Shown: positions 1-9,524 of the stretch, piece after piece
Numbering within the stretch: the stretch's first letter is position 1
How the letters are laid out: every line of letters begins with the position of its first letter
Source: a virus
Lineage: Duplodnaviria; Caudoviricetes
Length of the DNA: 27,568 bases
Virus record (IMG/VR): IMGVR_UViG_3300033067_000874
Coordinates: 1-27,568 of that record
Reading direction: 5' to 3' (one strand)
Position numbers and translations under genes: made by a program
The notes under the pieces: generated by a model
The model's input: only the letters and a program-made list of their open reading frames with translations
What the model was told of the DNA's origin: nothing
The model's database searches: none

Positions 1-1
1 T

Positions 2-781
2 GAACTGGTTATTAGACCCACCATACCCCGGCGGACTGCCTGTCACAGGATCATTGGCCGCGTATCCGTCGTGCGCCGTTGCGGGCCAGCGGTGCATGTT
101 GGCGGGCGTAGCCACATCGCGGTAGTAGTAGCGCGACTCACGCAATAGGATGCCCATTTCGTGATGGATATATCCAGCGGTGAACTCCCCCGGCATAATT
201 GCCACACCCACGCCGATGTTAGAGCCACCATGCGCCCCCGTTTGCCCATCGCCGTAGATTGACACATCGGAGAACGTGACGAACGTTGTGGCGTAACTGC
301 CAGCCACGCAGCGCGTGAACGGCTGATTTTGTTTGAGGGTGATTCCGTCCGCATCCAAAAACGCCGCCGTGTTGTTGTCGTATGTCCCCGGCGCACCCGC
401 AACAACAAACGAGGTTGGGCAACGCACAGTTTGCAGTGTTGCCCCGTCATCCGTGCAGCGATCCGCGCCCGTCCACTCCGCCGCGTTGTATTCAACGTTC
501 AGGCTGGGCGCGGTTTCGTCGGGTTGCCAGATGACCGTATTTGGGTAGAGAAACGTATCGTAGCCATACACCGTTTCTATCGTGATCCCCGCCGCTGAGT
601 ATGTTGCCCCCGCGCCGATGGCTAGATTGCTGTGCGCGGTCGATTCGCTAAATGGCCGCTTGCGCTTGTCGCGGGTAGTGGCCGTGAGGTTATACCACGG
701 CACAGACGCAGGCGCGGCGGCAGGCGTTAATCGCTTGCCGCCATTGGCTAGAACTTTTGTGGCCTTGAGGACGCTAGGCAT
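2..781 (-). CDS. Hypothetical protein, 3'-truncated by the window edge (at least 260 aa); not in the ORF track
   Basis: Hand translation from ATG at 781, overlapping the stop of the upstream gene: MPSVLKATKVLANGG...RDKRKRPFSEST...YGDGQTGAHGGSNIG...IHHEMGI...HRWPATAHDGYA...YGGSNNQF, open to the edge with no stop. Confidence 0.8.
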   Translation of the reverse strand, partial: MPSVLKATKVLANGGKRLTPAAAPASVPWYNLTATTRDKRKRPFSESTAHSNLAIGAGATYSAAGITIETVYGYDTFLYPNTVIWQPDETAPSLNVEYNAAEWTGADRCTDDGATLQTVRCPTSFVVAGAPGTYDNNTAAFLDADGITLKQNQPFTRCVAGSYATTFVTFSDVSIYGDGQTGAHGGSNIGVGVAIMPGEFTAGYIHHEMGILLRESRYYYRDVATPANMHRWPATAHDGYAANDPVTGSPPGYGGSNNQF

Positions 782-1271
782 TCTTTTCTGGCTCAGTCAG
801 CGATGATGTATCGAGCATGAACGACAACCCATCCACCTGTTCAGGCGTGAGTGAGCAGCCGAGGTCAAACAATGCGCCTAAGTCAATTTGCTCAAACGCG
901 ACATCGACCTCTTTCATAACCAGTTCGCCAACTGCGGCCTTTACAAGCGCTTCTGTTCTGGCTTCGTCGGCTGGCGTTTCACCAATAAAAACAGGCATCC
1001 CAGTTGGTGCAATGATGGGCTTGCCGTCTTCGCCCTTTTTGGCATGTTGCTCAATGATGTTTTGGCGAGCCTGCTGATACTCTGAATCTGGCCCAATCAG
1101 CCGAACCATCCGCGCCCGATTGGTTGCCAATTTCGAGACGATGATAGCGGCCTGTCGCCCGCCGGTTGTTGGCTTCCATGTAAAAATAGCGCTGGCAATA
1201 GAGGGCTTGACCACTTGCCCGTCAGGAGTGTTTACGCTGTTGTCGATATTCAGTAAATGTGCGATTTTCAT
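774..1271 (-). CDS. Phage hypothetical protein downstream of tail fibre genes (DUF1617-like appearance)
   Basis: 165 aa in operon context; the pattern EYQQARQNIIEQHAKKGEDGKP...LTPEQVDGLSFML resembles small helical proteins that follow tail fibre genes. Family call from memory only. Confidence 0.6.
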   Translation of the reverse strand: MKIAHLLNIDNSVNTPDGQVVKPSIASAIFTWKPTTGGRQAAIIVSKLATNRARMVRLIGPDSEYQQARQNIIEQHAKKGEDGKPIIAPTGMPVFIGETPADEARTEALVKAAVGELVMKEVDVAFEQIDLGALFDLGCSLTPEQVDGLSFMLDTSSLTEPEKNA

Positions 1272-1280
1272 ATCTATCTA

Positions 1281-1997
1281 TTAGTCGTTCTCAATGGCAT
1301 TGACCACACGCCGCGCAATCTCGGCATGGCCTAAATCGTTCGGGTGTGATCCAACGCCTATATCAATCGTTGTGTCAAATGATGCGGCAGTCATGTTAGA
1401 CGCGGTGTAGATGTCGCCAATCGGCACAAATTGCCCCGCGTGTTGCGCACAGGTGGCCTGTATTGCAGTCGTAAATGCTTGGGCGGCGGGATACCACCCA
1501 CCCACGCAAACAACGCGCCCGTAGCGCATCTCCGACGCAATCTCTGCATACGTCGTGGCAAACCGGTCGGTGTTGGATGCAGCCACATTGTCGCTAATCT
1601 GCAACACCAACACATCTGGTGCGTAGTTGGCGATCACCTCAGCATAGGTGCGATCCCACGCCGTGCCGTTATTGATTGCGCCCTCTATTGCCCAGCCCTG
1701 CAAAACGAGTAACGCCACCGTCTGGTTTCGCCGTTCTGCCAATGCCTCGCAGATGACGTGTGCGTAGTCGTTCTCTAGGCTGTCCGCCGCCATGCCGTTG
1801 GATTGCGCCCAGTTGTGCGCTGGCTGAGGCGGCGACCATGCCAATGAATTGCCAATCACCGCCACACGCAGCGCTTTGGTCGCGTGTTGCGCACCGCACA
1901 CATACGGCGGTTGAACGTAAACACCTTTGTATGTGGGGGTGGTCGGCGCGATGGTTTGGCCGACGAGGAAGAGCGCGAGGAAGATGATGTGTTTCAT
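1281..1997 (-). CDS. SGNH/GDSL-family hydrolase (esterase) with N-terminal signal-like peptide
   Basis: Block I VAVIGNSL, block III-like LVLQISDNV, block V SHPNDLGHAEIA; N-terminus MKHIIFLALFLVG; ATGA overlap with the upstream gene. Confidence 0.85.
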   Translation of the reverse strand: MKHIIFLALFLVGQTIAPTTPTYKGVYVQPPYVCGAQHATKALRVAVIGNSLAWSPPQPAHNWAQSNGMAADSLENDYAHVICEALAERRNQTVALLVLQGWAIEGAINNGTAWDRTYAEVIANYAPDVLVLQISDNVAASNTDRFATTYAEIASEMRYGRVVCVGGWYPAAQAFTTAIQATCAQHAGQFVPIGDIYTASNMTAASFDTTIDIGVGSHPNDLGHAEIARRVVNAIEND

Positions 1998-4900
1998 ATG
2001 TAGATCGCCCAGAATGTAACTTCGTAGGTTTCAGCGCCTGTCATGCGTTGCCAATAAATGCCGCCCAATGAATCTACGCCGACTCTAAAATCGCCCGCTG
2101 TGCCACCAACTTGAACAGTAGTTTGTGCGTTCACACCTAGGTCACCGGTTAGTGTATTTACATTCCCGCCACTAGCCCGCACTACTAGACGATAGTGCAT
2201 ACGGTATCGCACAGAACTCGCGGCGGTAATGGCCGCGCTTGTGCCTGCCGTAGAACAATAGATAACATTCCCGCCAAGTTTCGTGCCGCTCGTGTTGTAA
2301 AACGTGATGGTCGCCGCTGGCCCGCGTGTGGCGTTATTAGGCGTTCCATCGAGAAGAAGTCGTGTAGCCGCCGTGCTAGATGAATACGCGGCTATGTCCA
2401 TATAGCCAAACGTGCCGCCCGAATACGGCGCAGCGCTCAAAATCAGTGACCCACTTGCCGCCGCGCCCGTGTCAACTAGGCTATAAACACGCCCTGTAAG
2501 CGTTCCTGAATATTTCCATTTGATTGAATTGGTATCAGCGTATGACGCAATTGTAACTAACTGTAAACCCGTTGAATCTATTGTCAGCGACGGGTTCCCT
2601 GACACCACACCAAACCGCATTTGCCCGGTTGAGCCAATATCCCATTGCAACGCATCGTTGTAATATCCGCCCATGACGGTCGCCGCACCAAAATTCATAA
2701 TGCGGATACCGGTAAACGTGCCGCCACCCACAGTGCCGTTGCCTGACCGTATCTCGCCGTTGCTGTCCACGAATAGGATGCCGGTGAGCCGCGCCAATGT
2801 TTCAGCGCCGTTGAGCAATAGCATGTCGGTTCCACTGCCGTTTTTAATTGACAGGTTGCCCGATGTGTCTAGCACCATGCGATTGGTCGTGGCAATTCTG
2901 AATGACAAGCTTCCCGCACTCTGATCCCAATACAAGTTTGATTTGCCGCTGGATGCGCTGCCCAGTATGGCATCACCCGCATCCAGTGTGACCGAACCAA
3001 ATGGCGTGCCAAGTGCGGTTGATGCCGTTGTAACTAGCGCAAACGCACCAGTGCCAGCGCTGCCCGTTGTGTCTGAGTAGCCAAATAGCCCCGACGCATT
3101 GCCGCGCACATAGCCAGCGGTGGATGTGTTTGCCAGCATCAGTTCATAGTTGTTGCGTGTGACATTCAGCGGCGCGTTGCTGTTGTAGATGCTGGCAACC
3201 TCATCTGCCGATAGCACACGGCCAATCGACGCAAAATCATCAACGTAGCCGTCTAGGTTATTGCCGCCCGAAACGTTGTAGCTGCCAACAATCAAATAGG
3301 TCGGCGTTGCATACGCCGCGCCCGCTGTGCCTGATGCAACTTGCGCACCGTTGTAATACAGCTTTGTCACTGTGCCGCCGCTGACCGTGACCGTAATATG
3401 CACCCATGTCAGCGATGCGGGCGGCGTGTTGTATGAACACACGCTGGCAACGTCTTTGCGCGTCACGGCGATGCCTGATGAATTGGCGTAGACGGTGAGC
3501 GACCCAGAGTTGTCACCGCCAAAAAATGTGCAGGTTCGATTGGTCAGCACTGGGAGAAAAAACCAGCCCGATAACGTGCAATTGGCTGCGTCAAAATTCC
3601 CTGATGCGGTATAGGTGCATAGCGCCGTGTTGCGCGTGGTGGCTGCGTAGCTGGTCGCGTAACTCTTTTGCTCTAGTTGAGTTGCGTCAGTGTTCCAATC
3701 CGCCGTCCCCGCGCCGTTTTGCTCAACCCCAACAAGGCGCGTCGTGTCCCCCGCGCCATAGGTAAACGTCAGCGTGTAGCGTGTCCATGTGGTTGTGAGT
3801 GTGACGTTGGTCGCCGCAAAATACCCCGATGTTCCATAGGCGAACAATCGCACATTGCCAGTGCCGCGCATATACACAGACCATGTATAGGTGGTGCTGA
3901 CAGCAGTTACACCAGCAACGTTGTAATACCAACCCTGCCCGCTTGCCGCGCTGGTCGTTCGCATTGACCATGTGCCGACGATAGCAAACGTGTTGACGCG
4001 GGTGAGTGTTCCGCCATTGGCCGTCACGCCGGTTAGATCGGTTTCAAATGAGTTATTGGTGAGCAGGTTGGTTGTGCCTTGCTCCAAATACAACGCGCCG
4101 TGATATTTGCCGCCCGATGTGCCGGTGATTGGGCCACTGGTGATTGCCACCTGCCCCAAATGGCCGTTGGTGTTTGGCACGGTGGAGGATTGCGGTGTAT
4201 CAAACGGGCAATAGAGCAATGGCGCAACACTAAATCCAACGCCGTTGCCGATATATGCGCTACCCATCACGCGCAAAATTGACCCGTCCCATGATAGACC
4301 GCTGGTCAATGCGCCACCCGAAACAGCGCCCAGCCGCATCATGTATGTGCCGCCGTTGTTGCCTACCCAAAAACCAGCAGCGCCGCTGCTATAGGTCATG
4401 GTGTCCGAGCCACTGCCAACCGCAATCGACGGCGCGGTGCGTGACAGCGAGATTACCGGCGTGGTGCCGCTATACATCGTCAGGTCAGCGTTGTAGATGT
4501 TTACGCCATTGTCACCCGCCAAAATGTAGCGATGCTGGTCGTTAACCGTCGGCGTGGTAACAGTGTATTGACTGACGTTGCCCTCGTTGGGGTTGGCTGT
4601 CCAGCCTGTGCCAGCGTAGAGGCCGAATTGAGATACGCCCGTCAAACCGCGTAGCTGGCCCATACGGACGCGCAATTGCAAGCCCTGCCCTGCCGTGGTC
4701 GATTTGGGGTGTGTGGCCCATGTGACAACCTGCGTATAGGGCGAATTAATGCCCGCCGCGCCGTCGATTGCGTTGACCTCGTAGTATCCGTTCCCCGTTG
4801 TGCCGTAGTCCAGCACCAGCGTCCCGGCGCTAATCGTGCCTGATCCCGTGCCGGGATAGGTGGCGTGCCGGGTAAATACATAGCGCTGGGCGGGTGGGTT

Positions 4901-6103
4901 GCTGCCTGAGACCTGTGCGCTATAGACAACCGTTCCCCAAACGTCCGCGATCTTCAACCCGCCGCCGCTACGGTCAAATTGGCGCAAGCGCACAAGGTCG
5001 CCGTCCACAAAAACGTGAAAGCCCGCAAACCCTGCAAACTCCTCTACATCTAGGTTGCCGGTGTTGCCCGCAGTCGGCACAGTGAAATTGGCGTAGACTT
5101 TCGCCACGCTCTTGCTGATGATTTGACCGCCCGCCAACGCTTGTTCTAGATCAGCGATGAACGCTTTCGCGTGTAGTTCATCGGTGTAGAGATAACGGAA
5201 GTCGGCCTCGCCCGCGCTGCTGATGCGCCACGCTGTTAGCTGTGAGGCATAGGACGGGTGGCCGATGTGCGTAGACGTGTAGATATTTGCGCCCGTTGGC
5301 GCGATGGTTAGATTTCCGGTGCTGGCTACGGTGAATCCAGCATATACCGCCCCGCTGTAGTTTAGGCGCAATTGTTCAGTGGTTGAATTGACCTCTAGTT
5401 TGGCCGTGGGCGTGGGGATGCTGTTGCCGATCCCCACTTTGGCACTCCCGCCGCCGGGGTTGAGATAGATATGGGCATTAGCCGCTGTTGTGCCAGTGTT
5501 GCCAATGGTTAGCGTTCCGGCTGACCCAACGCCCAAAAAGCCATAGTTGCTGGTCTCGTAGCTGGCTTGAAACTGTGTGCCGGTTGTCAACACATGCAGC
5601 CGCGCCGAAAGTGCGCCCGCTGCGGTTGTGCCTAGTCTCACATCGTTAGCAAAATACGATGGGCTTGATACGCTGCTGTAGAGCGCATAGCCCGTTTGCG
5701 CGGCGATGCCCAGCCCTAGATTTTGCACGCCCAAGCGCCCGCTTGAATCACTGGCGAGAATGGACGCAGCCGCGCCGGGATAGCTGCTACTAGTTAGCGT
5801 GAGGGTATAGGTAATGCCATCGTCAGTATTGCCGAGGCCCAGCCCGCTATATGCAAACGCCTCAGTCGCGGCAATCTGCGTATACAGATACGAAAACGCC
5901 ACGTCAATGTCGTAACCATCAATGAGCTTCCCCGGTGATACAACGAGGTTGCCCGACAGCATCACGCTGCCATCGGCCAACAATGCGCCGGTTAGTGAGG
6001 GCGAGAGGGTAGACGATGACGATGTAGCCGATGAAATGGCCGCGCTGATTTGGCGCTGAATCAATGGCTCTAAACGGCGGTAGATTTCGGTGTCTGTTTG
6101 CAT
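1994..6103 (-). CDS. Large tail fibre / receptor-binding protein with CBM-like and LamG (concanavalin A-like) domains
   Basis: 1369 aa, G/S/T/A-rich beta-type composition; TNLLTNNSFETD (CBM4/9-like start); WVHITVT...LYYNGAQV...GYVDDFASIGRVLSADEV (LamG); last large gene of the tail module. Confidence 0.8.
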   Translation of the reverse strand: MQTDTEIYRRLEPLIQRQISAAISSATSSSSTLSPSLTGALLADGSVMLSGNLVVSPGKLIDGYDIDVAFSYLYTQIAATEAFAYSGLGLGNTDDGITYTLTLTSSSYPGAAASILASDSSGRLGVQNLGLGIAAQTGYALYSSVSSPSYFANDVRLGTTAAGALSARLHVLTTGTQFQASYETSNYGFLGVGSAGTLTIGNTGTTAANAHIYLNPGGGSAKVGIGNSIPTPTAKLEVNSTTEQLRLNYSGAVYAGFTVASTGNLTIAPTGANIYTSTHIGHPSYASQLTAWRISSAGEADFRYLYTDELHAKAFIADLEQALAGGQIISKSVAKVYANFTVPTAGNTGNLDVEEFAGFAGFHVFVDGDLVRLRQFDRSGGGLKIADVWGTVVYSAQVSGSNPPAQRYVFTRHATYPGTGSGTISAGTLVLDYGTTGNGYYEVNAIDGAAGINSPYTQVVTWATHPKSTTAGQGLQLRVRMGQLRGLTGVSQFGLYAGTGWTANPNEGNVSQYTVTTPTVNDQHRYILAGDNGVNIYNADLTMYSGTTPVISLSRTAPSIAVGSGSDTMTYSSGAAGFWVGNNGGTYMMRLGAVSGGALTSGLSWDGSILRVMGSAYIGNGVGFSVAPLLYCPFDTPQSSTVPNTNGHLGQVAITSGPITGTSGGKYHGALYLEQGTTNLLTNNSFETDLTGVTANGGTLTRVNTFAIVGTWSMRTTSAASGQGWYYNVAGVTAVSTTYTWSVYMRGTGNVRLFAYGTSGYFAATNVTLTTTWTRYTLTFTYGAGDTTRLVGVEQNGAGTADWNTDATQLEQKSYATSYAATTRNTALCTYTASGNFDAANCTLSGWFFLPVLTNRTCTFFGGDNSGSLTVYANSSGIAVTRKDVASVCSYNTPPASLTWVHITVTVSGGTVTKLYYNGAQVASGTAGAAYATPTYLIVGSYNVSGGNNLDGYVDDFASIGRVLSADEVASIYNSNAPLNVTRNNYELMLANTSTAGYVRGNASGLFGYSDTTGSAGTGAFALVTTASTALGTPFGSVTLDAGDAILGSASSGKSNLYWDQSAGSLSFRIATTNRMVLDTSGNLSIKNGSGTDMLLLNGAETLARLTGILFVDSNGEIRSGNGTVGGGTFTGIRIMNFGAATVMGGYYNDALQWDIGSTGQMRFGVVSGNPSLTIDSTGLQLVTIASYADTNSIKWKYSGTLTGRVYSLVDTGAAASGSLILSAAPYSGGTFGYMDIAAYSSSTAATRLLLDGTPNNATRGPAATITFYNTSGTKLGGNVIYCSTAGTSAAITAASSVRYRMHYRLVVRASGGNVNTLTGDLGVNAQTTVQVGGTAGDFRVGVDSLGGIYWQRMTGAETYEVTFWAIYI

Positions 6104-6105
6104 TG

Positions 6106-8157
6106 TTACCCCCGTTGAATTTTGAACATATCCATTGGATTCATTGCGCCGCGTGTGGTGTAGCCAATAGCGTCTTTTTCGGCGTTGTATTCGGCTTCCT
6201 CGATAAACATCGCTACATTCAGCGGATCGGGCAACACATCGCGCAATTTAGCCCATACGCCCACCTGCGGGCGCGACTTATCCATAGGAACATCAAGCGC
6301 GTTAACCAGCCGCCCATCGCGCAAGAGTTGAAATTCACGCCCCGCGACACTCGCGGCGGTTGGCTCTGCGTAGATGCGTAGTCGGCGCTCACGGTTGACC
6401 GTCGCCAGCAATCGAACGCCTGTGCTAGTGCCACTCTCTAGCATCTCATCTATACACGTCTTGGCCGTTACATCGCCATTGCGGGCGGGGTTTGTCCATA
6501 CGCCCGACGCGGTGTCAATGTCCACACCGCTGATGAATTGGCCGTAGGTGGTTGCGAGGCTGCGGATTTGTTCGGTCGTCTCAGTAACAAGCCCCAACTG
6601 AAACAACATATCCATATTGGGCGATGCCGACACCCACGCCGACCCGTTGTAGATGAGCGGATCGCCACCGGCATAACCAAGCGCCGGATTTGCATACACC
6701 TTGATGAATGCCGCAGGGTTTACGCCGCCGGTTGGATAAATTTGCAGCCAGTAGGTTGTGCTGGTCGATAGCAATGTGGTGGCGCTCAGTCCGTCGAATA
6801 GCGCATCCTGAAAGTCTGCCGTGAGGGTTGACGCGGCCAGCGCCTTAAACGCAATTGTTGCCCCCGGTGCGCCCGCAGAATCGGCACTGATGTATGCAAC
6901 CACATCGCCGGTTGGTGCGCCAAACTTCGCCAATGGGATTTTGATCATCCCCACTGCGCACGATTGCGCCACAGTGAACGGGATTGCGACACGCTGCCGC
7001 GCCGATACCGCGTTGAGGTCGAAGAAATAATTGTCGGCTTCTTCGTTGAACTCGTAAAACGTGTCCTGCCCATCTAGCACCCATGAACCAGCGTTGTAGA
7101 CGTAGGTCGTGCTAGATGCGTTGGCCGCTGGGCTAATGCCGTGAACGTCGATGTGATTAGGTGCGCTAACGGCCCCGCTGCGCCGAATGACAATGCAATA
7201 CGTTTGCCCCGGCACACGGTAAACGGTGTCTGTGGGCGAGAACTCGTAGACGGTGTTGGCCGTTGATGAAATTGTAGATGTGTCTACGGTGATGGTGTGT
7301 AGCACTGTGCTAGGCGCTGATGCTGGCCCTACGCAGAGGTCAATCAACAGATTGTCCACGGCTGACCCGATCCGCACGCACTTGAATTTAATACGTTTCC
7401 ACACGGCGGGGCGCGTTAGCGTGTTGGGAATATCAAACGCCATCTTTTGCGATGCGGTAGTGCTGCCGATGCTCACGCCGTCATTCTCGGAGTTAAACCC
7501 GTATGAACTGGTGACGCTATAGCTGGGCGAGTCGGGCCGGTCGGTGTATGCGGGCGCTGAAATGCTCACCGTGGCGTATCTGCTGCGCATGGTGTCATAC
7601 CACCCGCTACACAATATCTGCGCCTTGGGCGCTTTGTTGCCGCCGCCTACTGGCTCAATCGTGGCTACGGGCAACTTGTAGCGATCCAACAACATCGCCT
7701 GCAACGCGGTTGCCTGTGTGTCGGTGGCGCTGGACAGCGTTTGCAATAGCTCTTTCACGCCGTAAAGCGCTTGGCTATAGCTGTCGGTTGATGCGCTTGT
7801 GGTGCGTCGTTCGCCCGATGTGCCGGTAACTGGATCGGTGAGTGAGTAGGCAACGGCGATACTGTTGTACATGCTGTCGAGCGTCCACCCGATGACATTG
7901 GCCCCAATCGTTACCCGAACTTCATTGACGCGGCCCCACCACACTACATCGCCCTCATCACTCACCAACTCCACCCCATAGGCAAGTAGGTTATAGAGCG
8001 CGATGAGTTCGTCCTCATGCCCTGACGCGGTAATCTCCGCATCCATTGGCCCGCCATAGGTGGCCGTCCTGTGGCGCTTCACATCAAACGTCACATTTGG
8101 CACGTTTTGCGCGAGCGTGCTATACGTCAGCGGCTTATAAAAACGCGGTTGCAGCAT
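6106..8157 (-). CDS. Tail tip / baseplate hub (Tal-like) minor tail protein with two inserted beta-sandwich modules
   Basis: 683 aa, second gene after the tape measure; hub-like VVWWGRVNEV and SQALYGVKE motifs; internal duplicated module of about 150 aa. Confidence 0.7.
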   Translation of the reverse strand: MLQPRFYKPLTYSTLAQNVPNVTFDVKRHRTATYGGPMDAEITASGHEDELIALYNLLAYGVELVSDEGDVVWWGRVNEVRVTIGANVIGWTLDSMYNSIAVAYSLTDPVTGTSGERRTTSASTDSYSQALYGVKELLQTLSSATDTQATALQAMLLDRYKLPVATIEPVGGGNKAPKAQILCSGWYDTMRSRYATVSISAPAYTDRPDSPSYSVTSSYGFNSENDGVSIGSTTASQKMAFDIPNTLTRPAVWKRIKFKCVRIGSAVDNLLIDLCVGPASAPSTVLHTITVDTSTISSTANTVYEFSPTDTVYRVPGQTYCIVIRRSGAVSAPNHIDVHGISPAANASSTTYVYNAGSWVLDGQDTFYEFNEEADNYFFDLNAVSARQRVAIPFTVAQSCAVGMIKIPLAKFGAPTGDVVAYISADSAGAPGATIAFKALAASTLTADFQDALFDGLSATTLLSTSTTYWLQIYPTGGVNPAAFIKVYANPALGYAGGDPLIYNGSAWVSASPNMDMLFQLGLVTETTEQIRSLATTYGQFISGVDIDTASGVWTNPARNGDVTAKTCIDEMLESGTSTGVRLLATVNRERRLRIYAEPTAASVAGREFQLLRDGRLVNALDVPMDKSRPQVGVWAKLRDVLPDPLNVAMFIEEAEYNAEKDAIGYTTRGAMNPMDMFKIQRG

Positions 8158-9521
8158 TAGAGTTGCAACCTCCGGGCGCGATAATAAACGGCCATTGTGG
8201 TTTGGCGGAATGGGTCAGTTGGCTTATTCAACAGCGTCAATACGTTGATTTGATTCGGCACAAGCATGATTGCAGGTGAGCCGGTCGCATTGAAGTTATA
8301 GAGGTTGCCGCTGGCTGTGGCTGTATAAACGCGATAGTTCAGCGGGTCATCATTCAGCACCGCGTTTTGCGCCAATTGGTAGCCGGTTGATTTATACATC
8401 CGATACGACATAACCGGTGTGAAATGGAAGAAATCAACAGGGATCGAACCGCCGCCCGAACGCCATAGATAGACCTCTAGCTTGAGCGCGTATTGCGTTG
8501 ATGTGTTGCCGCCGCGTGGTGGCAATTGCACCCCGCCAAAGTCAACTATGTCACCGGTAGAGGGAAGCGTCACATAGTAGGGCGTCTCAAATAGCGTGTG
8601 CAGGTTGTCTACGGTTACTTTCATCCGCGCCCGCACATCTGAACTGCTGGCCGTGGCCGTGGCGAACATATGGATTCTGAACCGATACCCGCCCGCCGCC
8701 GCGAGCATCGCCTGCGTGATATTCCCGCTCCACGTTAATGATTCGCTCGATGTGTTGTTGTTAATGGTGGTGTATGCCCCACCGGAGTAGTTTGCGTTTG
8801 ATGTGTTGGCAGATGCTAGGTAGTTTGTTCCGCCCTCGGCCTCAACATTGAACGTCATTGCAGACGCGCCCTCAATCATGTGGCCGAGATAGTAGTCAAT
8901 ACCTGCTGTGGCCGATAGGTTGGTGAGGGTGATTCGCGCTGCCGCTGGCAAATCACCGGCAACCTGCGCGGCTGCAATCTTTGCTACGTTGCTGTAGCCA
9001 GCGAATGCGTAGAAACAATTCCTCAGTGTAATGGTGCTGGCTGGCGTGGTTTGAACAGTGTTATACAGGTTGAGTTGTGTTTCGCTGTCCGTCTCCCAAT
9101 AGAAACGGCGTGTCCATGACACCGTGACCCATGCGTTACGCTGGTCTTCAATCGACGCATGGCCGCTCAATATCTCGGATCGGTAGAGTGTGTCGCCTGT
9201 GCTGGGGCGAAACTTCACATAGACGGGGGAGCCGACTTTTTGCTGCCAGCGCCGCGCCTGCTCAAACAATCGGTTGAGCGTGGTTACATCTGCCCGCGCC
9301 GAGGTCATATCTGCGGGCGTGTATGCGATCCGCGCTTGCTCTGTCACTTGTCGCCAATAGACGTTCGGCTGTTCATATCCGTCTGCTTCAATGGTGATAG
9401 TGCGTGCGTCTTTCTCTGGCACTTGCGGCGTGTAGTCGAGCAACGCCGGATAAATGCCGCCGCTGGTGTTGGTGAGTTGGACAGTGGTTGTGTTGTCGCT
9501 AATGCGTAGATCAATTGCCAT
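8157..9521 (-). CDS. Distal tail protein (Dit-like) with central insertion
   Basis: 454 aa immediately after the tape measure; VSWTRRFYW, GDLPAAARITL and C-terminal LVPNQINVL...YYRARRL match Dit-type architecture. Confidence 0.7.
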   Translation of the reverse strand: MAIDLRISDNTTTVQLTNTSGGIYPALLDYTPQVPEKDARTITIEADGYEQPNVYWRQVTEQARIAYTPADMTSARADVTTLNRLFEQARRWQQKVGSPVYVKFRPSTGDTLYRSEILSGHASIEDQRNAWVTVSWTRRFYWETDSETQLNLYNTVQTTPASTITLRNCFYAFAGYSNVAKIAAAQVAGDLPAAARITLTNLSATAGIDYYLGHMIEGASAMTFNVEAEGGTNYLASANTSNANYSGGAYTTINNNTSSESLTWSGNITQAMLAAAGGYRFRIHMFATATASSSDVRARMKVTVDNLHTLFETPYYVTLPSTGDIVDFGGVQLPPRGGNTSTQYALKLEVYLWRSGGGSIPVDFFHFTPVMSYRMYKSTGYQLAQNAVLNDDPLNYRVYTATASGNLYNFNATGSPAIMLVPNQINVLTLLNKPTDPFRQTTMAVYYRARRLQL

Positions 9522-9524
9522 ACA

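Noticed and set aside
43-495. 150-aa minus-strand ORF in the track
   Set aside because: Arg-rich alternative frame; the frame starting at 781 is longer, coupled to the upstream gene and protein-like.
1994-2500. Diversity-generating retroelement target at the fibre C-terminus
   Set aside because: No reverse transcriptase and no template/variable repeat pair seen in the window.
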